The notes: generated from the letters alone by a model not told the origin. Counted from the first letter of the stretch, positions 45,426-54,363 are shown. The stretch is DNA of 64,000 nucleotides from a virus (IMGVR_UViG_3300033066_002088:7605-71604), one strand, 5' to 3'. A program made the numbers and translations.

Positions 45426-47570
45426 ATGAGCGAAGAAGTACATAGCAACGTTATCCCGGCGTCCCGCTTGAAATCGCGAGTAGCCGAGCTTCTATCGAAG
45501 CCATCTTTGGGCCTCGTGGCCGAAGTGCGTCCGTCGCAACTAAAAATGAGCGCTGGCGTGGAAGACGTAATCACTAATGGGGGGCTTTACGCGGTAGAGG
45601 CACCGGTCGGAAGTGGTAAGACCTACGCCTATCTTTTGCCGGCGCTGCTGGCCGGTCGACGCGTACTGGTAGTAACCCCAAAGAAATCCCTGCAAGACCA
45701 GATCGTTGGCAAGGACCTTCCCGCCCTGCAAAAGGCGATTGGACACACTATTCCAGTAGTTCTACTGAAGGGAAAAGGAAATTATACCTGTCAGCTAGTT
45801 GTGGCAAACAAACAACTAACAAACACTGCGCAAGGCGCCGCGGAGTATGCGGAGTTTATTCTCAATAGTCGATACGGTGACCGAGGAGACTGGCAGGGAC
45901 AGGTACCGATGTGGTGGGGTAAGGCCAGCGCGGAGAATTGCGTAGGGAATTCCTGTCCGTATGCAAAATCATGTGGCTACATGCGTCTTAAACAGGAACT
46001 TAGCTCAGCGCAGGTAGTTGTCGGAAATCACCACCTCCTTGGATTTGATCTTGTTTGGGGCGCTGGGAAGATTGTTGGAGGGGAATACGATGTACTAATT
46101 GTTGATGAAGCACACAAGCTCGCTGACGGGCTCCGAGCAGCGTTCACGCAGACGCTGACAGATGCAAGTGCGGAAGAGTTGGCCCGCAAACTCCGTGACG
46201 AGGTAGACCTCTTTGAGGTTCGGGGGCTGCACAACCTTACGGCGGCTTGGGCGGAGATGTTTGATTCACTGCGCAGCACTCCCGCGTGCACTCCGATGTG
46301 TAATCGGTACGGCATGCGCGGTTGTTTCCACTGGAAGCAACCACATGAGCGGGCCGCTCCGGTGTTCTCTGCGCACACGGTGCATGCGGTGATGGGGTCT
46401 ATTGATGAGATTAAAAGCAGCATAACGGCTTTCCTTAAGACGATTCGCGTGGACAGCAACGGGGCACCAGCAGAGTTGCCGCAAGACATGCAGTACCCGG
46501 TGCTACTGCTGGAGCGGGCCGCTACGCAACTGGACGATTGGAAGGCCATGCTCTTGTTTGTACAGGGAGAAATCCCCCCACCTTCCGCGGGAAAAGATGA
46601 GGACGGTGAAGACTGCGAGCCGATGAGCGAAGAAGACGCAGCTGCTCGTGCTGCTAGAATAATGGAAAACACGCTGATCCACTGCCAAGTAGCCCTCAAC
46701 GGAAAGGTTCAACTACAGGCAGTTCCAGTAACTTTGGCGCCGCTTACTGGACAAAAGCTAGGCGCCATCAAGTCGGTTGTACTGGCTAGCGCGACTCTGG
46801 CCGTCGACGGGGAGTTTGACAATATTCGTACGCAATTCGGAGTCACGCCGACGAAGACGGACATTCTTCCGGCGGTCTTCGACTACAACAAACAAGCCGT
46901 ACTTTACGCGCCTAAAGACCTGGTCCCTGTGTCTCGGCCTCCGAAATACAAAGAAGATGACATCGAGGCGATGCGCCCATACAAGGAATACATCAATCAA
47001 CTTGTAGAGCGCTGTGCGTGGTTGATCAATACTTCAAAGGGCGGAGCGTTTATCCTTTGTACTGCAAAAGAAGATATGAAGTTGCTAGACGCCGGAATTC
47101 GGCAACGTTGCCGCTTTCCTATCTTCACTCAGGAAAGAGACGGGGACCCGCAGGCTGTACTTCAAGCGTTTCTTAAAGCGAAGAACGCGGTCCTCATTGG
47201 CCTAAAGTCCTTTTGGGAAGGTGTCGACGTCCAGGGTGGAGCCTTGCGCCTCGTCATTATCCCTAAGCTGCCGTTCCCCGCCGCGAAAGATCCTTTGATG
47301 GAAGCCCGACGACGTGCAGCAGGGAACGGTAACGCGAGGGAAGGATGGCCATTCGTCGATTACCCCGACATGCTCATGGACCTTCGCCAGGGCAGCGGAC
47401 GTTTGATCCGATCTTCCAAGGATCGAGGCATGGTAGCGATCCTTGATGGGCGTCTTTGGACAAAAGGCTATGGGCAACGTGTACTTAAAGCGCTACCATA
47501 TCGGCAAATAACATCTAAAGCAGAAAATGTAACTTGGTACTTAGGGCAAATGGCAAAGGACTACGGATAA
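45426..47570 (+). CDS. dinG: DinG/YoaA-family Fe-S helicase
   Basis: EAPVGSGKT, LQDQ, KGKGNYTC, CVGNSCPYAKSC, VDEAH, SATL, SFWEGVDV, QGSGRLIR. Confidence 0.93.
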   Translation: MSEEVHSNVIPASRLKSRVAELLSKPSLGLVAEVRPSQLKMSAGVEDVITNGGLYAVEAPVGSGKTYAYLLPALLAGRRVLVVTPKKSLQDQIVGKDLPALQKAIGHTIPVVLLKGKGNYTCQLVVANKQLTNTAQGAAEYAEFILNSRYGDRGDWQGQVPMWWGKASAENCVGNSCPYAKSCGYMRLKQELSSAQVVVGNHHLLGFDLVWGAGKIVGGEYDVLIVDEAHKLADGLRAAFTQTLTDASAEELARKLRDEVDLFEVRGLHNLTAAWAEMFDSLRSTPACTPMCNRYGMRGCFHWKQPHERAAPVFSAHTVHAVMGSIDEIKSSITAFLKTIRVDSNGAPAELPQDMQYPVLLLERAATQLDDWKAMLLFVQGEIPPPSAGKDEDGEDCEPMSEEDAAARAARIMENTLIHCQVALNGKVQLQAVPVTLAPLTGQKLGAIKSVVLASATLAVDGEFDNIRTQFGVTPTKTDILPAVFDYNKQAVLYAPKDLVPVSRPPKYKEDDIEAMRPYKEYINQLVERCAWLINTSKGGAFILCTAKEDMKLLDAGIRQRCRFPIFTQERDGDPQAVLQAFLKAKNAVLIGLKSFWEGVDVQGGALRLVIIPKLPFPAAKDPLMEARRRAAGNGNAREGWPFVDYPDMLMDLRQGSGRLIRSSKDRGMVAILDGRLWTKGYGQRVLKALPYRQITSKAENVTWYLGQMAKDYG

Positions 47571-47574
47571 AACC

Positions 47575-47844
47575 ATGGTGGACAAGAACGATCCCTACTG
47601 GCAGTTCCGTGAAATCTTGAAGTCAGTGCGACAGCTCCGTGGTCTGAAACACGGAGATATCGCTAAAATGATCAAGATCTCACGCCCACAATACACCGCG
47701 ATTGAAGGAGGAAGGAGCATGATCTCTTTCCAACACATCCACAATCTAGCGGTAGCTCTTGGGGTAAAAATCATCATCGGGGACGATGGCGGTCCTCGAA
47801 TGGTCAGGAAATACCGTGAACGTGCGACGACCCGGGCGACCTGA
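47575..47844 (+). CDS. XRE-family helix-turn-helix regulator
   Basis: LKSVRQLRGLKHGDIAKMIKISRPQYTAIEGG. Confidence 0.85.
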   Translation: MVDKNDPYWQFREILKSVRQLRGLKHGDIAKMIKISRPQYTAIEGGRSMISFQHIHNLAVALGVKIIIGDDGGPRMVRKYRERATTRAT

Positions 47845-47989
47845 GGGTACACGGGTCACTAGCTGTAAATGCGGAAGAAGGGTTGTGGGCCCTTCAGGAG
47901 GGATCGTTCTATGTCCAGGCTGCGAGAAAAAAGTGAAAATCCCGAAAGAGGGGGAAGTAAGCCCTCAAAAAAAACGGATATTCCTCTAA
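47786..47989 (+). CDS. Small zinc-ribbon protein (start uncertain)
   Basis: CKCG...CPGC. Confidence 0.55.
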   Translation: MAVLEWSGNTVNVRRPGRPEGTRVTSCKCGRRVVGPSGGIVLCPGCEKKVKIPKEGEVSPQKKRIFL

Positions 47990-48129
47990 TTGAGAGGGTC
48001 TCGAAACACCTGTTTATCGCTAAACAAAGCGCCGCTGGAAAACCAATTTACGAATTCATTCCGTCCATTGAAGGCTTCACATTCGGCATTGAACTGTCTA
48101 ATGGCTGTGTTTTTAATGACATGGACTAA
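47989..48129 (+). CDS. Hypothetical protein; start unresolved (ATT start or frameshift fusion)
   Basis: Protein-like IERVSKHLFIAK...FGIELSNGCVF; no ATG/GTG/TTG near the upstream stop. Confidence 0.35.
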   Translation: MERVSKHLFIAKQSAAGKPIYEFIPSIEGFTFGIELSNGCVFNDMD

Positions 48130-48149
48130 CAATCCACCTGGAGCTAATC

Positions 48150-48341
48150 ATGGCAATGAACGGCAATGACTTGGGCGACGCGATCACGACGGCAATCAAG
48201 ACGCTCGCTAAAGCCGAGCAACAAGACGTGGAAGCCGTGATGCGCGTGATCGGCACTGCGCTTGTAACTTACATCCAGCAAAACGCCGCTGTGTCGGGAA
48301 CCGTTAGCGGAGGATCCATCACAAGTGGACAGGTGACTTAA
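48150..48341 (+). CDS. Small protein resembling spike/baseplate-associated proteins
   Basis: MAMNGNDLGDAI...A...YIQQNA.V...G.VT pattern; GGAG SD. Confidence 0.55.
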   Translation: MAMNGNDLGDAITTAIKTLAKAEQQDVEAVMRVIGTALVTYIQQNAAVSGTVSGGSITSGQVT

Positions 48342-49081
48342 TGCCTTACCAAATCATCGTCGGCGTAGATGAAACGGGTCGCGGCGCGATTGCCGGACCC
48401 CTTGTCATCGGCGCTACGGCATTTCCACGGGAAATGAAACCAATTAAAGCGACGTATGTCGGTGTTAAGGGCGAGACACTGGTACGTGTAAACGACTCTA
48501 AGAAGGTCACTAGCGCCGCACAACGTGAAGCGCTCGATCGCGCCATTCGAAGTAAAGCACTGGCTTACACCGTAGTGGAGAAGAGCGCGCGGGAAATCGA
48601 TACGATGACCATGCGCATGGCGTACCCCGAGGCACTCAAACTCGCGGTTTCTCGTGTCTTGGAGCAGCTATTAAATAGCCATTACTACACATTTGGAATG
48701 TACGACCAGGTAGGTAATAATCGGTCTGGACTTGCAAAAAGAATAGCCACGACAGACGTCCTCTGGTCCCGCACGCTGGTACTGTTCGACGGAGACATCG
48801 AGATTCCAAGAGGGCTTCCGTGCCCCGCGATCGCGCGGCCAAAGGCCGATGAGATGTATTGGCAAGTTAGCGCCGCGTCTATTCTCGCTAAGGTGCACCG
48901 CGATAGTCGGATGTTGGAACTTGCACGTAAGCATCCTCACTACGATTTCGACGAGAACAACGGCTATCCAACAAGAGACCACAAGGCCATCATCCGTCGG
49001 CTCGGGGAATCTCCCGCACACCGCCGGACCTATGCGCCCGTGCGGGATCTTCGGCCTCCAACCGTAGGCGTCGAGGACTGA
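48341..49081 (+). CDS. rnhB: Ribonuclease HII
   Basis: VGVDETGRGAIAGPLV, DSKK, KAD...VSAASILAKV.RD, GYPT..H. Confidence 0.95.
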   Translation: MPYQIIVGVDETGRGAIAGPLVIGATAFPREMKPIKATYVGVKGETLVRVNDSKKVTSAAQREALDRAIRSKALAYTVVEKSAREIDTMTMRMAYPEALKLAVSRVLEQLLNSHYYTFGMYDQVGNNRSGLAKRIATTDVLWSRTLVLFDGDIEIPRGLPCPAIARPKADEMYWQVSAASILAKVHRDSRMLELARKHPHYDFDENNGYPTRDHKAIIRRLGESPAHRRTYAPVRDLRPPTVGVED

Positions 49082-49083
49082 CC

Positions 49084-49266
49084 ATGTCGTTCAGCCATTA
49101 CATCAAAGAAGGCCTCGAATCGTACACGTTTGGAACAATCACGGCGTATGGCACACTTCTTTGGGGACGTGTAGACGACTACGGAACTTTTCTTCCCAAA
49201 TACATAGAGCCGTCTTTTGTAATGGCGCCTGCGTACCAATTTTTTAGGAAAGATAGGCGGACCTAA
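49084..49266 (+). CDS. Hypothetical protein
   Basis: Tightly packed in the operon. Confidence 0.55.
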   Translation: MSFSHYIKEGLESYTFGTITAYGTLLWGRVDDYGTFLPKYIEPSFVMAPAYQFFRKDRRT

Positions 49267-49267
49267 C

Positions 49268-49468
49268 ATGGCCTTTGAGCAAGAGCGAATAATGAAATAC
49301 GAACAGTTCACGTTTGGTGAGATGGATGAGCACGGGAGACTATACAGAATACTACCGGGGTTCTACAAAATCGCATCAGAGAGGTTCTTTCGTACGGATC
49401 TCGAACTGATGGCGTATCAGAGGTCAATCACTAAATTGATCGAATCAAGCACAATGAAGGAAATGTGA
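49268..49468 (+). CDS. Hypothetical protein
   Basis: Tightly packed in the operon. Confidence 0.55.
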   Translation: MAFEQERIMKYEQFTFGEMDEHGRLYRILPGFYKIASERFFRTDLELMAYQRSITKLIESSTMKEM

Positions 49469-49469
49469 G

Positions 49470-49688
49470 ATGGCACAACGCCAAAGAGTTGGTACCCACA
49501 TGTGCGCACGCTGCCGGCGCGTGTTCAACCCGGGGGACCGTGTAACGACCCTGTATATTGTGGAGAAGGTTGGCAAGGGAAACTCAAACAACCCGATGGA
49601 GCTGGGGGCGTGGCTGAGCTCTGATTTTGAGCTGGCGCACTTCGATTGTAACGACGCGAGCCTGAGTCGCGGGACTGTAATCGGGTAA
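49470..49688 (+). CDS. Small zinc-finger protein
   Basis: CARC...HFDC; AAGGA SD. Confidence 0.65.
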   Translation: MAQRQRVGTHMCARCRRVFNPGDRVTTLYIVEKVGKGNSNNPMELGAWLSSDFELAHFDCNDASLSRGTVIG

Positions 49689-49692
49689 ACAG

Positions 49693-49887
49693 ATGGCTGA
49701 AAAATTGCTTATGAGTGCGTGGCTAAAAAGTCTTCCCCCGTTGTACGATCGGTCAGAGGCCTGCTCTAATTTCATTTTAGAAATGATGCAGGCGCCGGGC
49801 ATATTCGCTACAAATGAGGACCTTTTAAAAGCAGGCTATACTTCATACACCTTTGGACATGTGAGTCCTAAAGGATGGCTCTTGTGA
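49693..49887 (+). CDS. Hypothetical protein
   Basis: Tightly packed in the operon. Confidence 0.5.
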   Translation: MAEKLLMSAWLKSLPPLYDRSEACSNFILEMMQAPGIFATNEDLLKAGYTSYTFGHVSPKGWLL

Positions 49888-50354
49888 AAGGCATCAAAGA
49901 CCCTTGGCGGACAGAAGTAGAGCCAGCACCGCCGAAGACAATCCCCGTTCGTAGAGACGCAAAAATCAATCTATCAGAGATTGACCTTGATGAAGATCTT
50001 AGGGTACCTGGGGTCTACGAATTCGAGTGTGCTTCGGGAACAATTGAGGTAAAAGACGTTCGAGTATCTACTCCAAGTGCTGCCCTTGACCTTTTGGTGT
50101 CGTGCTGCTCGGTTTTGTGGTCGAAAGAAAATCCGCTACCAGAAGGCATTGTGATTTGGCAAGGAAATGTCGCTCGAAAGCCTACCGGCGTATTGATTAG
50201 CGCGTCGCCAGATTACACCCATAAGTGCGGCATTGATTTCCACGGCATGAAGTACGATGAAGGCATCCTGCGGTTGATTCGGTGGATCAACGCCGCGAAG
50301 AGAACGCGGGCAAGTATCTTAAAACAGTTCGGCGTTTCAACGCGCCAGAGGTAA
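49875..50354 (+). CDS. Hypothetical protein
   Basis: AAAGG SD; 159 aa. Confidence 0.6.
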   Translation: MALVKGIKDPWRTEVEPAPPKTIPVRRDAKINLSEIDLDEDLRVPGVYEFECASGTIEVKDVRVSTPSAALDLLVSCCSVLWSKENPLPEGIVIWQGNVARKPTGVLISASPDYTHKCGIDFHGMKYDEGILRLIRWINAAKRTRASILKQFGVSTRQR

Positions 50355-50356
50355 CA

Positions 50357-50599
50357 ATGGGCCCTAACGATAAGCCATGTAATATGTGCCGCAACTATGA
50401 CCCGATCACAACGGGTGCCGGTAAAGAAAGCCGCCGGGGTTGGTGCGCAGCCTTGTCAGTGTACCCGTTCAAAGAGCAACCCGGCCAGATTTTCCCAGCG
50501 GGCGTGAAAAGAGCGGTTCAAGGTCAACTCGCCTCACCAGTAATCAAAATCGGAGCCGCTGTGGAGCGCGGATGCCCCAGTTTTTCCCCGAAAAAGTAG
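50357..50599 (+). CDS. Cys-rich small protein
   Basis: GAGGT SD before ATG 50357; CNMC...WC...GC. Confidence 0.6.
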   Translation: MGPNDKPCNMCRNYDPITTGAGKESRRGWCAALSVYPFKEQPGQIFPAGVKRAVQGQLASPVIKIGAAVERGCPSFSPKK

Positions 50600-50666
50600 A
50601 GTGGTACACCTTCGGCCTTATGAGCGATCGCCGTGGCCGAATAACCATAATTCACGAAAGGATGTC

Positions 50667-51263
50667 ATGGCCATCAACTGTGCCGACTGCGGTACACCGC
50701 GCGCCTACATCGGCGTATCAACCCCCGCCAGATGGCTCTGTCCCTGTGAGCAGCCGGGAAGAAAGTGCTCTGAATGTGGAGGGCCAGCGGCGATCTGCGA
50801 ATTTCAACAGTCCGTGAAAAAAGGTGAGCCTAGTTTGCCGCGGGGCACGGGGAATGACGTTGTGTCTTTTTTCTGTGACGCGTGTCCTCCTGCCGGATTT
50901 ACACTGGAAAGGCCAAAAAAGGCGTCGTCGAAATCAGTCGTGCGTAGGGAGGCAGTTCAAGCGTTAGCTGCCCCCGCGTCAGATCGGCCTGTTAGCCGGT
51001 GGCGACTTGCCCCTACGTATGACCCCGAATCAAAGTTGCATGTGGAGTGTTTTCATTGCGGGCATAAACACCTCTTGAAGGACCGCATCCCTACCCCAAA
51101 CATCAGCAAAAACATGTCTTGGTGCCCAAACGGCGCCTGTGAGTCATTCAACATCAAGGGGTATAACGAGCCTATTGACGCTAACCCAAATTGGAAACCG
51201 CCCGCGCCTGTAAAGCCGCAACCTCGTTTCGTAGGGACTAAGGAAAAAAAGAATGGCAAGTGA
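50667..51263 (+). CDS. Multi-zinc-ribbon protein
   Basis: AAGGA SD before ATG 50667; five Cys pairs (CADC, CSEC, CDAC, CFHC, CPNGAC). Confidence 0.65.
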   Translation: MAINCADCGTPRAYIGVSTPARWLCPCEQPGRKCSECGGPAAICEFQQSVKKGEPSLPRGTGNDVVSFFCDACPPAGFTLERPKKASSKSVVRREAVQALAAPASDRPVSRWRLAPTYDPESKLHVECFHCGHKHLLKDRIPTPNISKNMSWCPNGACESFNIKGYNEPIDANPNWKPPAPVKPQPRFVGTKEKKNGK

Positions 51264-51870
51264 AATGAACCCGGAAGACTGGCTGGGTCCCGAAGCAAAA
51301 AAGACGCCGGGGCAGGCACAAAATCAGGAAAAAGCGCAGGCGCGTTGGGCGGTCCAAGCACAAGAAGACCGCCTAAATGAGGCGGCTGAAATGTCTGAAG
51401 AGGTACTGGACTGGATTAACAACCAGTCGGCTGAACAGACCTTGGACGCGGAGCAAAGGATTTTCGCCGTAGCGCTGGCCACTGTGAATTTGCGAAGGGC
51501 TTTCCCGAAACGTCTGGGAGGGTTAGTCGCATTTGATCGAGTCGCAGACGTCGCCTGGGAGTATTTTCTGCACCGTGTGACGCCGATCAGTGGCTACACC
51601 TCGCGCATGAAAGATGCCCCAGTAACCCTAACTACCGACGCTGAAGACCATCGTACGCGTGCTGCGGCCGGGCTAACTGACGGCATCATTCAATTCCTAA
51701 ACGACATCGCGCTGGGACGAAGCCTGGACCCCGAACAGCGGGTGTTTGGCATTGCGCTGATGGCAATCAACATGCGGCACCACTTCCCGCCGGAAATGGG
51801 TGGCAATGAGTTTTTTGATAACGTGGGAAAACGTGCGGCGGAATACTACAAGGCTAACGGCGGTTCGTAG
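51253..51870 (+). CDS. Protein with an internally duplicated helical domain
   Basis: Two ~63-aa copies: LDAEQRIFAVALATVNLRRAFP and LDPEQRVFGIALMAINMRHHFP. Confidence 0.7.
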   Translation: MASEMNPEDWLGPEAKKTPGQAQNQEKAQARWAVQAQEDRLNEAAEMSEEVLDWINNQSAEQTLDAEQRIFAVALATVNLRRAFPKRLGGLVAFDRVADVAWEYFLHRVTPISGYTSRMKDAPVTLTTDAEDHRTRAAAGLTDGIIQFLNDIALGRSLDPEQRVFGIALMAINMRHHFPPEMGGNEFFDNVGKRAAEYYKANGGS

Positions 51871-52174
51871 AGCCTACAAATTGCTGCGGCTAAGGAAAGA
51901 CGGAACCCTTGGCCCCCTCTTCATAAACCGGCGACAAAGAATCCCGATCGGGGAGTGGCTTGTTGCCGAGGAACACCCCACAGAAGGCTACGCATTTCGC
52001 CCGGGCTGGCACGCGACTGAACAGCCTGTCGCACCCCACCTAAGTACGAAGGGTCGCGTCTGGTGCGTTGTAGAGCTTACAGGCGTTAAAGAAGCACCCC
52101 GCCCTGCGGCTCAAGGGGGTAAATGGCTTATCGCAAAGCGAATGCGAGTCATCCAACAGGGGGTCTTTCATTGA
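51833..52174 (+). CDS. Conserved-looking phage protein (start uncertain)
   Basis: AYKL...KDGTLGPLFIN...RPGWH...PHLSTKGRVW. Confidence 0.65.
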   Translation: MRRNTTRLTAVRRAYKLLRLRKDGTLGPLFINRRQRIPIGEWLVAEEHPTEGYAFRPGWHATEQPVAPHLSTKGRVWCVVELTGVKEAPRPAAQGGKWLIAKRMRVIQQGVFH

Positions 52175-52436
52175 AAAGCTGAATGAAGGCGTTGCATACC
52201 ATTTCAAAGGAAACCTGCGAACGGCGCTAGACGCCACTCCATACACGTTCGGGTATTACACCGGCCGCGGTGATGACATCAATCCGAATTTCTTGTACAC
52301 GTACGTAGAGGCGACGAGATTTCGTACACTTTTCCCGAACAAGGTCTGGCGTGCGACTTGTTTTGGAATTTCCGGTCTCGGTCCTACCTTGTACGACGCA
52401 GTAAAGGAGGCTATCGGGCGCTTCGCTTTCAAGTAA
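52170..52436 (+). CDS. 88-aa hypothetical protein with probable ATT start (not in the ORF track)
   Basis: Open frame IEKLNEGVAYHF...IGRFAFK* exactly fills the gap; GGGGG SD-like run ends 6 nt before the ATT, which overlaps the upstream TGA. Confidence 0.55.
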   Translation: MEKLNEGVAYHFKGNLRTALDATPYTFGYYTGRGDDINPNFLYTYVEATRFRTLFPNKVWRATCFGISGLGPTLYDAVKEAIGRFAFK

Positions 52437-52465
52437 AACTTCCACGAAAAAACAGGGGATTTCTC

Positions 52466-52762
52466 ATGTCCGAAGAGATCAAGACCACGCACTCGATTCC
52501 CATATTGCGTCTTTTGGGCGAGGCATACAGCTTCGGCGTTGTACTCCCCATGGGGCGTGTCGCTAGGCCCGACGAGCAGGAATGGGAGATGGAAATTGTG
52601 GGAAGGAGAGCAACGCGCTGCCACGATAAAAAGGAAAAGTGGATGGCGTGGATCGCAATAGAGGCGCGTGGCTGGCGGTCGCCGAACTACGGGGAGACCT
52701 TTGAAGAGGCCGCAAAAACGGCCCTGCGGAATTCCCCGTACCACTGGAAAAAATGGTTATGA
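52466..52762 (+). CDS. Hypothetical protein
   Basis: AGGGG SD before ATG 52466. Confidence 0.6.
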   Translation: MSEEIKTTHSIPILRLLGEAYSFGVVLPMGRVARPDEQEWEMEIVGRRATRCHDKKEKWMAWIAIEARGWRSPNYGETFEEAAKTALRNSPYHWKKWL

Positions 52763-53130
52763 CCCAAACCCTGCCGCCGAGGCGTCAGATATTGTGGGGT
52801 AGTCCGGTAAAGCCACTCATTGGAAGTACCTTAGACGAGGCGGACACGTCGCCTCTGTGGCGCGTACTCGAGTGGGACTGCCACACGTTTGGCCTGATCA
52901 ACGACGTCGGACAGATCGCGAATGGTGCGGTACTGGAGGCTCTTTTTGACACCTGTACGGTGAAAAAGCACAGCTTTCGAAACCACTGGAACGGTAAAAA
53001 CGAAATCTGGTGGACCGCAGCGTTTCGCGACCTTCACGTAGAGGGGTGTCAAAGGGGCGACGCCATAGAGGCGTTGCGCAAGTCGATGAAATCGGTTGGA
53101 ACGGTCACCGGTCGCTCATACTGTCGGTGA
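52753..53130 (+). CDS. Hypothetical protein
   Basis: Overlaps the previous stop; 125 aa. Confidence 0.55.
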   Translation: MVMTQTLPPRRQILWGSPVKPLIGSTLDEADTSPLWRVLEWDCHTFGLINDVGQIANGAVLEALFDTCTVKKHSFRNHWNGKNEIWWTAAFRDLHVEGCQRGDAIEALRKSMKSVGTVTGRSYCR

Positions 53131-53144
53131 ATGAACATTTCTGC

Positions 53145-53179
53145 TTGACAGCAATTCAAGCTGCAAGTAGGTTTGCAGC
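53145..53179 (+). promoter_or_regulatory. sigma70-type promoter TTGACA-17-TAGGTT with a palindrome around the -10
   Basis: TTGACA 53145-53150; TAGGTT 53168-53173; GCTGCAA-n6-TTGCAGC at 53160-53179. Confidence 0.75.
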
Positions 53180-53228
53180 ATAAACGCTCCAGATACGGAG
53201 CTAAAGACCTGAAAAAGGAGCAGCAAGA

Positions 53229-53444
53229 ATGCCCGGACTTCGTCCCATGAATGTTGAAAAGCGTGAACAGGCCCTCAAGAGCATTGCCACCCGTGCCGGC
53301 AAGCTGAAGATGGCTGCGGACAAGATCCTCGCGGATCTCGGGAAGCCGCATGTCGACAACAAGGCTTCGGCCAAGACGGCGACCTCGGCAGGCAAGAAGA
53401 TCGTGAAGGGCCTCGAGGCCGCCGCGAGCGCCTTCCCGGTGTAA
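53229..53444 (+). CDS. Small Lys/Ala-rich basic protein
   Basis: AAGGAG SD, own promoter, visibly C/G-ending codons. Confidence 0.7.
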   Translation: MPGLRPMNVEKREQALKSIATRAGKLKMAADKILADLGKPHVDNKASAKTATSAGKKIVKGLEAAASAFPV

Positions 53445-53446
53445 AG

Positions 53447-53833
53447 GTGTTTGAGCCGGTCAGCGGCGTCGAATACAAATTCGACAAGGCAAACAGTCAG
53501 TCGCTGATCGGCACCTTCGACCTCGAAAAAGCTGCGGCGACTCCTCGCTTGAGGGGAGTCGCCGCAGCTTTTTTCATTCCAAAACCGGGGGGTCTGCGGG
53601 ATCTAGTCCGAGATCTACTCCATAACCCACACATCCGCAGCATTATTTTTGTTCCGGGCCTGGGTAATGGGGTTGATGAAATTGTAGATTTCTGGACGAG
53701 AAAAACCGAACTTCGTGGCCTGTTGCCGGAATACGCAGAGGTCATTAGGGCCAGTGTCGCCTTGTACGATGGTGAATACCATCAAACAGGCGTGCTGCCC
53801 CCTTATCTGAAAGGAAGAGTTAAATGGCCGTGA
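53447..53833 (+). CDS. Degenerate MtrA-like domain protein
   Basis: GGLRDLVRDLLHNPHIRSIIF resembles the GI..LIRNLLANP.IR.L motif of MtrA-like domains. Confidence 0.45.
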   Translation: MFEPVSGVEYKFDKANSQSLIGTFDLEKAAATPRLRGVAAAFFIPKPGGLRDLVRDLLHNPHIRSIIFVPGLGNGVDEIVDFWTRKTELRGLLPEYAEVIRASVALYDGEYHQTGVLPPYLKGRVKWP

Positions 53834-54084
53834 CGCACGATGACAAGATTTCTGGGGCAACCGACGAAGGCTATGAACGCTTCTATGCCGCGGCAATAGA
53901 GGCGTTCTTGGCAGCGGCGAAGCGCCGTCTAACCCAAGAAATGCAGTCACGAAGTTTCCCTCGACTGCGCGCAGGAATTACGCTCGACTTGAAGTATGTT
54001 GGATTGTTCCAGGAAGACGTTATCCAACGAATCGCGGATCGCGCGGGCGTTGAACTGCCAATCGTCCAGCTTCTAGACTCGTGA
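53824..54084 (+). CDS. Hypothetical protein
   Basis: Operon packing. Confidence 0.55.
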   Translation: MAVTHDDKISGATDEGYERFYAAAIEAFLAAAKRRLTQEMQSRSFPRLRAGITLDLKYVGLFQEDVIQRIADRAGVELPIVQLLDS

Positions 54085-54088
54085 CCAA

Positions 54089-54358
54089 GTGCAAGTCAAC
54101 AGTCCTTGGCTATCCACCATGTCGGAATTCCTCTCCTACGTAAATTTCAATCCGTCAGGTTTCGAAATGTTTACGTTTGGGGTCTGGGACCCGGAGTACG
54201 GTAGCCATTCTATTGTGGCGTGGTCAAAGGCGCTTAACATGGTGCGAGGGCGATGTAACTGCGGAAAGGTATGGGAAAAAACAATGTTTGAGCTTTGGGC
54301 GTATGACGAGGACTCTCTCAACAAAAGCATTAAGTCGTTTTTAACGTCACATGGTTAA
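54089..54358 (+). CDS. Hypothetical protein
   Basis: Operon packing; CNC motif. Confidence 0.5.
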   Translation: MQVNSPWLSTMSEFLSYVNFNPSGFEMFTFGVWDPEYGSHSIVAWSKALNMVRGRCNCGKVWEKTMFELWAYDEDSLNKSIKSFLTSHG

Positions 54359-54363
54359 TTCCC

